DNA of 64,000 nucleotides from Mobula hypostoma (lineage: Eukaryota): NCBI RefSeq assembly GCF_963921235.1, contig NC_086109.1:6326001-6390000 (forward strand). The letters are read 5' to 3'. The position numbers and the translations under genes are program-made. Below the pieces are notes generated by a model. It ran no database searches. It had not been told where the DNA came from and worked only from the letters and a program-made list of their open reading frames with translations. Below, piece by piece: positions 52,507 to 64,000 of this stretch. Positions within the stretch are counted from its first letter, which is position 1. Every line of letters starts with the position of its first letter.

Positions 52507-54125
52507 ATTATTCAGGTCTGTGCATTTTAAAACAGCCACACGCAAAGCATCTTCCACACTGCCCTCTGTTGCTCCTCCCGTTTTCACAAATCCTCCTGCT
52601 TTTCAGTCGCTTACTGTCCCATTATAATGTAAAAATTCTGCAACATGCGCACAATGCGATAATCATAGCATACGCGTTGTCCAGGGCTCCACCTGACCAG
52701 TCTGAGCCACAGAAGTATTGTCTCCATACGTCAGTAATCTGCTGGATTGTATTGTGTGGCAGCATGACACTCACTGTGTTTGTGTGCATGTCCACTGCAC
52801 ACCAGTTGAGAGACATTTTGTCAGCAGAAAGCCATCATTGTCCACAAAGTGCTCTAATTTGATTGACAACTCGGATTTATAACTGCAACAAGACACTTCC
52901 TCAGACTGAAGCCATCAGGACTGCCGCCAAGGTACTGGACACGTCCCTTCACAATCCACTATTCACGGGCAAACAGCAACGAGCAGTTCCTTCCAGTACA
53001 ATGCAGTATTGTCATATGATACTCACTAAGTGATCTGAGTTATCAATACTATTCTGAACCCAGGGAAAGAAAGCAATACTAAGAAATATAGAAAATATTT
53101 TTATATATTCTGCTGCAAAACACTGTTCCCTCTCAGCTACACGGCTACTCGTCTGCGCAGGACCTGAAATGCTCCCGAGCACACAGCCCTTGTCGGCACT
53201 CAGCCAGAAATGGACACAGTCAGAAAAAGTTCAAGGAACGTGAAAGATTTCTTGTACCATATTTCATTATAACCTTCAATTAATAAGACCAAAAGAATGT
53301 GGTTTTACAATTTTCATTCTAAATATTCATGGTATGCTTAATAAAAAAAAAAGTGCCACACAGTTTTCAATCCAAATAAAAATTTCCTGCTCAGAGCAAT
53401 GGTTGGTCAGTGCAGATGTAAAAAAAAAATTAGAGGGAATGTTACTGCAAAGCAACAAATTTTAGACCACAAGACACAAGAGCAGAATTTAACAACATAT
53501 GCCAGTGATAATAAACCTGATTCTGAATGAAAGCCATATTCTCTTGTGGAGAATGAAACATTGAAAAATCTCTTCAAATTGACTTAACTTCAAATAAGCC
53601 GGATTTCTTAATCATTGCTCTGGCCACTTTCTAAGTTATTGGTAATAGATTCCTCGACCCTCTCCAGAAGTTCATTTACAGTCACACCACCAGGTTCAGG
53701 AACAGTTATCACCCGACAACCATCAGGTCCTGAACCAGTGTGGATAACTTCACTCACCTCAATATTGAATTGATTCCACAACCTACAGACTCATTTTCAA
53801 GGACTCTACAACTCATGTTCTCAGTGTTATTAATTATCATTTTAAATTGTATTTGCACAGCTTATTTTCTTCTGCACATTGGTTATTTGTCAATCTTTGC
53901 ATGCAGTTTTTCATTAATTCTATTGCATGTCTTTGATCTACTGTGAATGCCTGCAATAAAATCAATCTCAGGATAGTATATGGGGACATATACTTTGAGT
54001 TTCAGTGGTGAGAGACTAGATTACAACAAGAACACTTTTATTGAACTGGCACAGTCTTAAACATTGCCTCTTATTGATGGATAGGGCTCCTACTGAAAAG
54101 CTTTCTCTTTCTTAAAGCTGCTTGT

Positions 54126-54377
54126 AACTTCGCCATGGACAGTCCCAAGCCCAGCTGCAAAAAGAGGAAGGTTGGGCATAGGGCTAGCAATATCCTGTAA
54201 AGCCCCAGAGATACAGAAATGCCAAATGAAGCACCAAATACCTCATCCACGGGAGAGGAAGGATAAACCAAGATGGGCTACACCTGGAGACAAGCTGAAA
54301 GGCTGGCCCAGGACAGAGGACTCTGGCGAGCTGCTGTCAGCAGCCTATGTTCCAGTAGAGGTGATGGGCTTAAAAAA
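54126..54377 (+). mobile_element. Short bipartite RTE-type non-autonomous element
   Basis: 3' half encodes GYTWRQAERLAQDRGLWRAAVSSLCSSRGDGL, like an RTE ORF C-terminus. A-rich tail; TSD aaagctg(c/t)ttgt at 54114-54125 and 54378-54389. Confidence 0.72.
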
Positions 54378-55289
54378 AAAGCTGTTTGTCTTGCTCCACT
54401 GGTTGGTTCATGCCTGATTCATTAAACCTGCTACTCTACATTCCAGGGCAATGCTTGCAGACCATATAAAATATGGCTTCACTTGTGCAGCTGATTTTGT
54501 CTGATCATTAACAAGCTGCAATTTGTTGTTCTGGGGCATGTTTTGTGAAGTTGTAAGGCAATTAGGAAATAATTAACAAGAACTATGTTCACAGATGCAT
54601 AGAGTTACACTGCATGAAAACAGGCCATTCAGCCCAACTCCTCCATGCTGACCAAGATGTGCATACTTGTTAATCCCATTTGCCTACATCTGGGTCTTAT
54701 CCCACTAAACTGCAAAATGGCACTGACGATATATGGCAAAGTTTTGTGGGTTGCTAATAAAACTACTAACTATTCTACTAAATATACTGGACATTATTCT
54801 GGACTATGATCACAGCATTCGGCAACTTATAATTTCCCTTTGGGAGTTGTGCTCTTGAACGGTCTGAATGATCTGGCATTTTTGAGGGATCCTGAAGGAT
54901 TCAATGAATTGTGGCAGCCATTGCTGGAGCGGACTTCGTGCCGGACTGAAGACATGGAGAATGAACTGAAGTTTAGCAGATTTAAGTGCCACCAGATTAA
55001 AAACGATTAAGATGTGAAGGTCAAGGGTGGGGGATGAGCCAGTTTTCAGCTCACTACTCTGTCAGCTAGGATCCGCCACCTGAGCTCATCCCATCCACCT
55101 CCTGCTCTTCCTACTGCCACCATCAGGCCGTCAGGCTCCTGGACCGGCTTTACTCGCCTCAGCATTGAACTGGTTCTGCAGTTCTGGCCGGCAGCCACTA
55201 GGCTGCTGCACCGTCTGCACTTAGTTCAGTGCTGAACTGGCGACACGGGTGTGAAGAACACTTCCATGCTCCGCATATCCACTCTGCGG

Positions 55290-55905
55290 TTCGTGCCCCC
55301 TATTCGCCATCTATAAATTCACCAATGACACCACTGTTGTTCGGAGAAGCTCAGATGGTAACGAAGAGGCACACAGACCCGAGATAGATTGGCTTGTTAA
55401 GTAGTGTCACGTCAACAATTCTGCACTCAACATCAGCAAAACGGAAAATTTGGGAGACCACACACCAAACCTCACTGAGGGATCAACGATAGAAAGGGTG
55501 AGTAGCTTCAAATTCCTGGGCGTCAACATCACAGAGGATCTGTCACAGGCTTAACACTGTGATACAATCATGAAGGTGGCAAGTCGGTGGCTATATTTGG
55601 TATGTCACCAAGGACTCAAGCAAATTTCTCTGCACGTACTGTGGAAAGTATTCTTACTGGTTGTATCACTGCCTAATATGGAGGTTTCATTGCACAGGAT
55701 CAGAAAAAGCTGCAGAGGGTTACAGACAAACTAACGCCATCATGGGCACAACGCTGCCCGCCATTGAGGACAGCTTCAAGAGGCATTGCCTCAAGGTGGC
55801 GGCATCTATCATCAGGGACCCGCATCACACGGAGCACGCCCTCTTCTCATTACTACCATCAGGGAGGAGGCTCAGAGTCTGAAGACCTACTATCAATATT
55901 TTAGG
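55290..55905 (+). mobile_element. Rex1/Babar-like LINE fragment; the GC-rich 54714-55290 block may be its 5' UTR
   Basis: AIYKFTNDTTVV, SFKFLGVNITEDLS, TLPAIED..HTEHALFSLLPSGRRLR. Confidence 0.8.
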
Positions 55906-57219
55906 ATGTAGAAGAGCTTAGAAAAAAAGAGGGCCTGTATTGTGCTGTAGGTTTTCTATGTTTCTATAAGTACAGGATGGGAGCAGGCCCTTTGGCCTAG
56001 AAATGTCTGTGCCAAACAATGCCAAATTAAACTAAATCTCTTCTGCCTCATGATCCCCATTTCTCCATTCAGTGCATTTTCCTGTTCCTATCTAAGAAGG
56101 ATCTGCATCCACCACTGCTCCTGGCAGCCCATTCCTATCATTCTCCATGAAAAAAAAGCACTTGCCCTCACATCACCCTTAAATTTACCCCCCCCAGCAG
56201 ACTAAATGGGCCAAATGGCCTAATTCTACTCCTAGGTCTTTTGATCCTCTGGCTCATGATCAACTCCCCAAACAAAACAATCACATTTGCAAGACATGAC
56301 ATGCCCCACACAAACTCAAGCTAACTGTCCCTAATGAGGCCCAGCCTTTCCAAAGGCACACAAATCCTATCCATACGAATCTTCTCCAATACCTTTCCTG
56401 TCAATGACATAAGGCTCACAAGCCTATAAATTCCTGGATCATCCTTATTTTTCTTTCCTGAATGAAGGAACAGTGTCATGATATTCACAGAAAATTCTGA
56501 TCCAAATGTAAAGATCAACAATTCGTACCTCAGTTTCAGGCTGCACCATTTCAACTTCAATGCTGATTTTTTCTTTTGAGAGTTGTTCCCTTTGGTGACA
56601 ATCAAGTTTGATGAAGTTCCTGCACATTTGATGGGCAGTGTAATTGCAATCTATTTAGACAGAGAGACAGAGTCAAAATTAAACAAAATTCTGCTGGAAA
56701 ATATCAATTCTGTATACAATTTAAGACAAGAACAAATTAATTCTGGTGGACTAAGAAAGTGCACATTTTTAAACATCTAAGGAGCATAGGAAATGTTGGA
56801 TTAGGAGAAAGTTAAGCTCAACCTAAATTCACCCTCCTGCAATCACTGGCTGGATCCTCTGGCTTTATTATTCAGGTCAGAATGAAATGACCCACATGTA
56901 CTACCTCACTTATTTTTTGCTCTTTTTGTACTACTTATTTTTATTGTTCTTAAATATACAGTATTTTTATTGTAATATATGGTTTATTATTGTATTGCAC
57001 TGTACTGCTATTGCAACACAGCAAATTTCATATATGCTAGTATTAATAAACCTGACTCTGAAATGGCTTAACATAGAAATCAAGAAAGCAACATCCATTG
57101 AAGGCCTCGACATTACAGAACATGTTCTCTTCTCACTTCTACCACTGGGCAATCCAAGGGTAGTACATAGTAACTTCGATAATAAATTTACTTTGAATTT
57201 TGAATTGTGTTGAGTTGTG

Positions 57220-57700
57220 ACAGGATAAATTTGACTGGAAAAACAACACCAAGGCTGTTTACAAGAAGGGGATGAGATGACTATTTCCTAAAGAAGCTGA
57301 GATCCTTCAATGTGTGCAGCAGGATGTTGGAGATCTTTTACCAGTCTTCTGTAGCAAGTGCAGTCTTCTTTGCCGCTTTATGTTGGGCGAGCAGAATCGG
57401 TGCTGGTGATGCAAAAAGACTAAAGAAACTCATCAAAAAGGCTGGATCTCTCCCTGGCTCTAACCAAGGACACTAGGTCACTAAACAAACTGTTATCCAT
57501 TATAGACAATTTGGCACATCCTCTCCATGAACTACTGAATAAGCAGCAGAGCATCCTTTCAAACAGACTCATTCAGCTCCACTGTCACAAGGATCATGAC
57601 AGAAAATCTTTCCTACCAAATTCAATAAGCATATACAACAGTTCATCTCTGCACAACAGGAGAACACACATCATAGTACAATAGTCTCTGCTTTATTATT
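57220..57700 (+). mobile_element. Second Rex1 subfamily, 3' ORF fragment
   Basis: DWKNNTKAVYKKG..FLKKLRSFNVCSRMLEIFYQS..FFAALCWASRIGAGDAKRLKKLIKKAGS. Confidence 0.85.
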
Positions 57701-57726
57701 TTGTACATTATTATTGCACAGTATTG

Positions 57727-57960
57727 CACATAGAAACATAGAAAATAGGTGCAGGAGTAGGCCATTCGGCCCTTTGAGCCTGCACCGCCATTCAGTACGA
57801 TCATGGCTGATCATCCAACTCAGAACCCTGTACCTGCCTTCTCGCCATACCCCCTGATCCCTTTAGCCACAAGGGCCATATCTAACTCCCTCTTAAATAT
57901 AGCCAATGAACTGGCCTCAACTGTTTCCTGTGGCAGAGAATTCCACAGATTCACCACTCT
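57727..57960 (-). mobile_element. Young CR1-type 3' end with (catagaaa)n tail
   Basis: catagaaacatagaaaataggtgcaggagtaggccattcggccc...gagaattccacagattcaccactct; CpGs retained. Confidence 0.8.
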
Positions 57961-59150
57961 TCACCACTTAATTTTTGGTACATTATTGTGTCTATTATTA
58001 CCCAGTGCTTTATTATTAGTTAAGTCTGCACACTTCTAAGTGTGTTTTTAGATGTTGCTGCTGTATGAAAGAATCTCCCATTCGGGATCAATAAGTACTT
58101 ATTATTATTATTATTTGCAGAGGTTTCAACAGTTACAGGTTTGAATATACTGAATCACAACTATCTACAAATTTTGATCACCCAGGTTGCTCTGACAAGG
58201 TAAAGGCAAAATTCCAGTCTTAAGGGTTCAGACTCCATCAGCAAATCCTTTGCATCAATCACCTTAAGAAAGAAGACATGACCGGCACGTTGTGCAATTA
58301 TTTTGTTGCGCTCGTCATACTTATTTATTTTCACCAGATAGACTGTTTACATTGTGAGCAAGGAGTTTCATGGCACCTTAGTGTATATGACAATAAACTC
58401 ATATGAATCTGAATATTGGGATGTCGCAGAAGGGTAGTAGCTAGCATAATGATATTGCAGTGCATCAACCCGGGTTCAATCGTCACTTTCTGCATGAGAT
58501 TTGTACATTTTCCCTGTGACTGTGTGGCTTTCCTCCGGATGCTCTGCTCTGGTTTCCAAAGACCTACCGGTTAGTAGGTTACTTGGTCACATGGGTGCAA
58601 CTGGGCAGCACTGGCGTGTTAGGCCAGAAGGGCCCATTACTGTGCTGTATGTCTGAATAAAAGATAACAAATAACAATCATCTGAAACAGTAGCACCTCT
58701 AAGCCATTTCCAGATAAACTCTAGTTAAGGATCTGGGGTTAACCACAACAGCAATTAAATAAAATGGGTCATAGACCTAAGAAAAAACAGCTACATTTAG
58801 GAAATGTCTTATTAGATAATCTAATGGTCCAGGTTATACTCAACTCAGTTTGCACTTCAGATATTTTACCTGTACAATTATCATCTTTTGCAGCTCTAAT
58901 AATATAACTAGCCATAAAGTCTTAACACCATGGCTATCCAGTGAATCAGAGGTCCCTGAGCAGCCACCAGGCTTCAGGCAATGGAGACCAACCATCTCTG
59001 AGCTGACCTGATGGAACGTTTGACAACTTCTACTGCTTCAATTGTTGCTAAAGTACTTTGATAATCAGAGACATTTAGCTGAAATAGAATTGTATTTAAA
59101 AAATATATATTTAGTTAAAATGCACTTAACTGATGTAGATTAATTTCAAA

Positions 59151-59269
59151 TAAACTTAATTGAAATAAAGAATTATTTATCCTTGATTGGTTCATTAAGG
59201 TTGTTATAGTAAACTTAATTGAAATAAACAATTATTTATCCTTGATTGGTTCCTTAAGGTTGTTATAGT
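59151..59269. repeat. 59-bp tandem duplication (2 copies, 2 mismatches)
   Basis: taaacttaattgaaataaa(g/c)aattatttatccttgattggttc(a/c)ttaaggttgttatag, repeated head to tail. Confidence 0.95.
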
Positions 59270-59270
59270 C

Positions 59271-59645
59271 TGGGATGGAAGTGGGGATATGCTCCCACTA
59301 CCTATTAAATACTCCCAATGGTGAGCTTCTCAAATAACCTCTGACAACAGCTCCTGGCTTTCACACTTGGCTTAACCTGGCAGAGCCATTTCTACTCTTC
59401 GGAGAAGGGGCAAAGGTGGATTATCGGCACCTTACAATTGGCAACTCCTGCGATTTTGCTGGTGCAAAATTGCATTCGTCTCTACAGTTCCTTTGGATTA
59501 TCAGTTGCATGCAGACGTGGCACCTGCTACATGGATAACAGCTTACTCTCCATTTCCTACTGCCCTGCCTTGCGTACTGGCTTGCATATCACGTAGATAG
59601 CTGGGACACAACATCCATGGTTAATCCTGTCCAATGGAGGGCTTC
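59271..59645 (+). mobile_element. Non-autonomous RTE-type element (degenerate)
   Basis: Its 3' half (59445-59642) aligns by eye with the tail of the SINE at 15955-16148. Confidence 0.6.
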
Positions 59646-59899
59646 ATGTCTTTGATTACATTTCCCTCCCAGTTGCTGACCACAGTTAGTGACCCAGGCT
59701 ATGCTCTACACACAAGCTGACCTAACACTGAGAGGCCAGCTCCCTGTGCTCCACCCCAGTGTAGCTGAACAAGAGGTTGGATGTATGAGCATATAATCCC
59801 CAGGGTGTTGCACTTTTCTGTGCTCCAATATGCAGCTGTGGAAACCGGGAAATGCAGTGATTCACGAGGATCACCTTGCTGGTAATACCATTCAAAAAT

Positions 59900-60405
59900 T
59901 GAGGACAACTTGCTTCTACTCAAGCCTGCAAGTCCTTAAGTGACTGTTGGACCACAGATTTTGCAGAAGGCTTTCAGCAAGGAAAGTGGGTACGAAGTTT
60001 GTGATGAGGTGCAATTACTGTGTCACTTACACTGGGCTGCTGTGTACTCCAGACAAAGGATTCAAGTATTCCCAGTGCAGTCTGAATTGCCTTGCCCACT
60101 TTGAGCAGTCGTGGGCCAGATCCCCAGGAGTCAGTCAGGACGTTGCATTTACCACAGGAGTTTTGATTATAACCTTAAATGCTTTCCTCCGTCAAAAATC
60201 TCTTCTCTTGGCAGATTTCAAAACAGTGCAATTATTATGCGAGCCTGGAGTCAAAGCTTGTCCATCAAGGCCACTTTGTTGGCCGCATTAGATTAGGAGA
60301 GGAGGCCAAGATTAGTCACCTATCCTGCCACTGGATTTGGAGAATTCTAGGTAGACAGCATTGGAGATACTGCTCCACTGCTTTGAAGTGTCTTCCAAAG
60401 GTAGT
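59900..60405 (-). mobile_element. Old RTE-clade LINE ORF C-terminal relic
   Basis: Reverse strand TFGRHFKAVEQYLQCCLPRILQIQWQDR ... RRKAFKVIIK ... LAHDCSKWARQF, resembling the RTE C-terminus; frameshifted. Confidence 0.72.
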
Positions 60406-60574
60406 ATATTCTATATTTCAGCCAAAGGTTGTTGTGTACACCTTTTAATCTACTCCAAGATTGATCCAACCCTTCCTTTCTACATAATCCTCTGTTTTTC
60501 TATCATCCATGTACCCACCCCAGAGTCTCTTAAGTGTCCCCAACGTATCTGCCTCTACCACCACCTCTGACAGG

Positions 60575-61079
60575 CAACGTTCCCTCTAACTTCTAATGAC
60601 CAGAGCGCGCAAAAGTCTAGTCCTGTGCAATTTTTTTTTTTGCTTAGTGACAACATGTGCACACTGAATTTTTTAAATGGAAGTAAACCTGAAGCTGTTC
60701 CACGGATAGTAAGCTATCAAGTCCAGTTTGTTGTAGTAGTTTCAGTGTAGCAGTTTCTATTGTTTCATTAAGCCATTCCACTTTAAATGAACTAGCACCT
60801 CTTTTACACTTCACATCCTTTGCTCGTTTGGAATTTGACATAAACGGTATGAATAAGCCCATTCTAAAATTTGCAGACAAATGATTGCAAAGTCCACATT
60901 GTCAACACCGTCCACATCAGAAACCAGAGAAGGAAATACGATTGTGTACGATCAGGAAATATACTTAACATGCCAATGAGGTAGAGTGTGACAACTTTTT
61001 GTGTGCAGTTTAAATTCCTTTGTGCACTAGTAGCAAAAGATGTGTGCCCGTGCACACACGCACACCTTAGTGAACATGG
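60575..61079. mobile_element. Non-autonomous hAT element, same family as 15011-15329
   Basis: Starts caacgttccctctaa. Shares long blocks with the other copy (tgcagacaaat..ttgcaaa, tttaaattcctttgtgcactagtagcaaaagatgtgtgc). Confidence 0.85.
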
Positions 61080-61908
61080 CTGGGAATTCCACGTACCCAC
61101 CACTCTCTGTGTAAAAAAAACCCACTTACCCTGACATCCCTATACATGTGACCTAATGTCATCAGAGAAAGGTGGCCATTGAGGTAAACAAGGTGAAATT
61201 ATTGTTCAGAATAAACACACATTGATTATTTCACTACATCATTAAAGACTCCCATCTACCAAGACATGCCCCCTTCTTAACACTACCATCCAGGAGGCAG
61301 CACAGGAACATGAAGACACAGCTTCTTCCCCACTGCCATCAGATTTCTGAAACTACAATGCACCCATGTACACGACCTCAGTTTTTTGCTCTTTTTGCAC
61401 CAATTTCATATATAGAGTATTATGGTAATTTATAGATTTTATTATTATGTATTGCAATGTACTACTGCCGCAAAACAACAGAATTTATAATATACGCCGG
61501 TGATAAAACCGGATTGTGATTCTGAGAGGGTCCAGATAATGTGGCACATTCAAACCACCAGAGGGTGCAAATGAGCAGCAAAATAGAGAAAATATGGGAG
61601 AGTTCCATTGTTCAGTTCCGTTTCTCTCCACAGATGTCAAGTGATTGTAGACTGATTTTCCTCTATACGTATGTAACAAAGGGAAACATCAGTTTAAGAA
61701 CTAAAACTCTCATCTTCCATCTGATGGATTAATTAACTACCTTCATTCATTTTCATAATAGAGGTGATACGGGTCTTGGAGATTATAAAAGTCAAAGTGT
61801 GACCTTTTTTATTTTATTAGCTTCATAAATTTTGCTCTTTGGCATTTAATTAAGTCTGATTCAAATAAATCTGAAGGGCATTACTTAGCTTTTTATATTA
61901 GAGATATA

Positions 61909-62511
61909 GACTCAGAGGTGACTTTATATTAGATACCAATTAAAGTGGCCACTGAGTGAACGTTCATGGTCTTCTGCTGCTGTCGCCCGTCCACTTCAAG
62001 GTTTGACGTGTTGTGTGTTCAGAGATGCTCTTCTGCACATCACTGTTGTAACGTGTGGTTATTTGAGTTACTGTCATCTTCTCCTCAGATAGAACCAGTC
62101 TGGCCCATTCTTCTCTGACCTCTCTCATTAACAAGGGCTTCTCGCCCACAGAACTGCCGCTGACTGTATCTTTTTTTTTGCTTTTTCAGCCATTCTCTGT
62201 AAACTCTAGAGCAGGTGTTCCCACCCTGGGACCCACAGACCCCCTCAATTAACAGTAGGGTTCCATGACATAAAAAAGGTTGGGAACCCGCGTTGTGCGT
62301 GAAAATCCCAGGAGATCAGCAGTTTCTGGCACCAACAATCAGTCCATGATCAAAGTCACTTAGATCACATTTCTGCCCTATTCTGATGCTTGATCTGAAC
62401 AGCAACGGAACTGCTTGGCCTTGCCTTTGTGCATCATGTAGCAGACACAAGATTGGCTGATTAGATCTTTGCAATAATAAGCAGTGTATCTAATAAAATG
62501 ACCACTGAGTA
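61909..62511 (-). mobile_element. Internally deleted Tc1 element with a nested hAT MITE (~62212-62291)
   Basis: TA-flanked imperfect TIRs. Transposase N-terminal fragment VTQITTRYNSDVQKSISEHTTRQTLKWTGDSSRRP. Confidence 0.85.
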
Positions 62512-63211
62512 TAGTGTGAAATCAAAACCAAAGTTTTGAGAGCAGGAAACCAAGTTTTTAATTTTTTTTAAAAAAAGAAACAAAGAAATGAATTCACATA
62601 GCACTCAAAATGCACTTGGAATATTCCAAGTGTTAACAGCCAACAAATTATTCTTTCTGAAAGATGAGAGGTCACTTATTATTTGGACAAATGTATTTTA
62701 AAACTATTTCTACAAGTTTCCATTTTAATACGAATGTAAAACGATGAGCCAATTGCCAACTACAAAATGACAAACTCAGTTCATGAAATTCATCTTGCTT
62801 ATAGCTGCCACTATTCCACTGTTACAATACTGTCAGAATCATTGCTAATTCCAATTATAAAAATAAAGAGATCCGATGTCTTGAACTTAAAAGCCAGTGC
62901 GTGATGGAGATGAAATGGAAGGGGTGCTGGACTTTTGTGATAAACTTGGAAATTTTCTTCCCCCCTTCCTTCCTAATTTCCTTTTATAAGGACTCTTTTT
63001 TTCTCTCATAAATATGAAGCATAAATCACTTCAGTTTAGGAACAGAGCCAAATTTGTCAAATGAAAATCAAACAACTTTAAACAGAGATGATTCAGCTGT
63101 TACAGGTCATGGCAAAAAGGTTTTTAGTCATTCCAATCAGTCCAATTTACACATCCAGACTGTAGTTTTAACCCTTTGAAAGCAAGCACACTTATTATTT
63201 CGATACACTAT

Positions 63212-63567
63212 GTTCAAAGTTCAAAAGTTGAAAGTAAATTTATTATTAAAGTATATATATGTCACTATATACAACCCTGAGATTCATTTTTTTGCGGACA
63301 ATCACAGTAAGCACAGGAAACACAATAGGATCAATGAAAGACCACACACACACACAACAGGACGGATAAACAACCAATGCGCAGAAGATAACAAACTGCA
63401 AATACAAAAAGTTAAAAAAAGAAATAAATAATAAGTAAATAAGTAATGAATATCAAGATCATGAGATGAAGAGTCCTTGAAAGTGAGTCCATAGGTTGTG
63501 GGAGCGGTTCAGTGAAGGGGTGAGTGAGGTTATCCCCTTTGTTCAAGAGCTGATGGTTGAGGGGTAA
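63212..63567 (-). mobile_element. Rex1/Babar-like 3' UTR
   Basis: Colinear with 1005-1360 (tatacaaccctgagattcatttt ... gagtccttgaaagtgagtccataggttgt). Confidence 0.85.
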
Positions 63568-64000
63568 GGGAGTTTAAAGAGGCATCTGATCAGCTAACAT
63601 GCCACCCTACATTTTATCGAAGTTTAAGCAATGAGCTACATTGGCAAATATACATTCTTGTAAAAGAACACACATTTCAGTTTCAGTATGTTATTTTTAT
63701 GCATCATAATTTGAAGGACTTGGAAATTACCCTGGTTCAGAGAAGGGGGGCTGGGAAATTTCTCAAGCTCAATAACACATGATCCATTTTGGGTTTTTTC
63801 CTTGACATTTGGGATCATCCTTGGTCAAGTTTAGCTGTTGAACAATGCACAGAGCTGCAAACAACACATAACCAGACATTAACCCACTTAAAATGTTTTA
63901 AAATTTGTTATTTGACTGAAGATGAGGATCAGTTATTTGTTTGGAGGCAATCAGTTGTGTTGTAATTGAAAACTCAAGTTTTGAGAAGCAGCTGAAAGGA

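Noticed and set aside
59947..60448. Plus-strand ORF cluster
   Set aside because: Antisense to a decayed RTE ORF.
38358..64000. Expected NORE1A-specific upstream exons of RASSF5
   Set aside because: A manual scan found no C1-domain codons. They probably lie beyond the right edge, though a diverged exon could have been missed.

Overview
Eukaryotic, repeat-rich DNA, mostly intronic. The repeat types (CR1, Rex1/Babar, L2, RTE, HE1/V-type SINEs, Penelope-derived palindromes) point to a cartilaginous fish, probably a ray (inference). The only host gene is RASSF5 (NORE1/RAPL) on the minus strand, with three coding exons: a 40-codon RAPL/NORE1B-type first exon missed by the ORF track (38357-38238), a 37-codon exon (4603-4493) and the RA-domain exon (370-73). 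The gene runs off the left edge, and I found no NORE1A exons. The introns hold a decayed, intronless RPS7 retrocopy with a large internal deletion and many transposon relics. The most interesting non-genic structures are (i) TSD-flanked fold-back insertions derived from Penelope-like elements that carry minimal hammerhead-ribozyme motifs, and (ii) several unrelated short RTE-type non-autonomous elements, most with 10-12 bp TSDs. Nearly all other listed ORFs are transposon fragments or noise. I see no prokaryotic-type system or CRISPR array. Family names come from recalled motifs, not from database searches.
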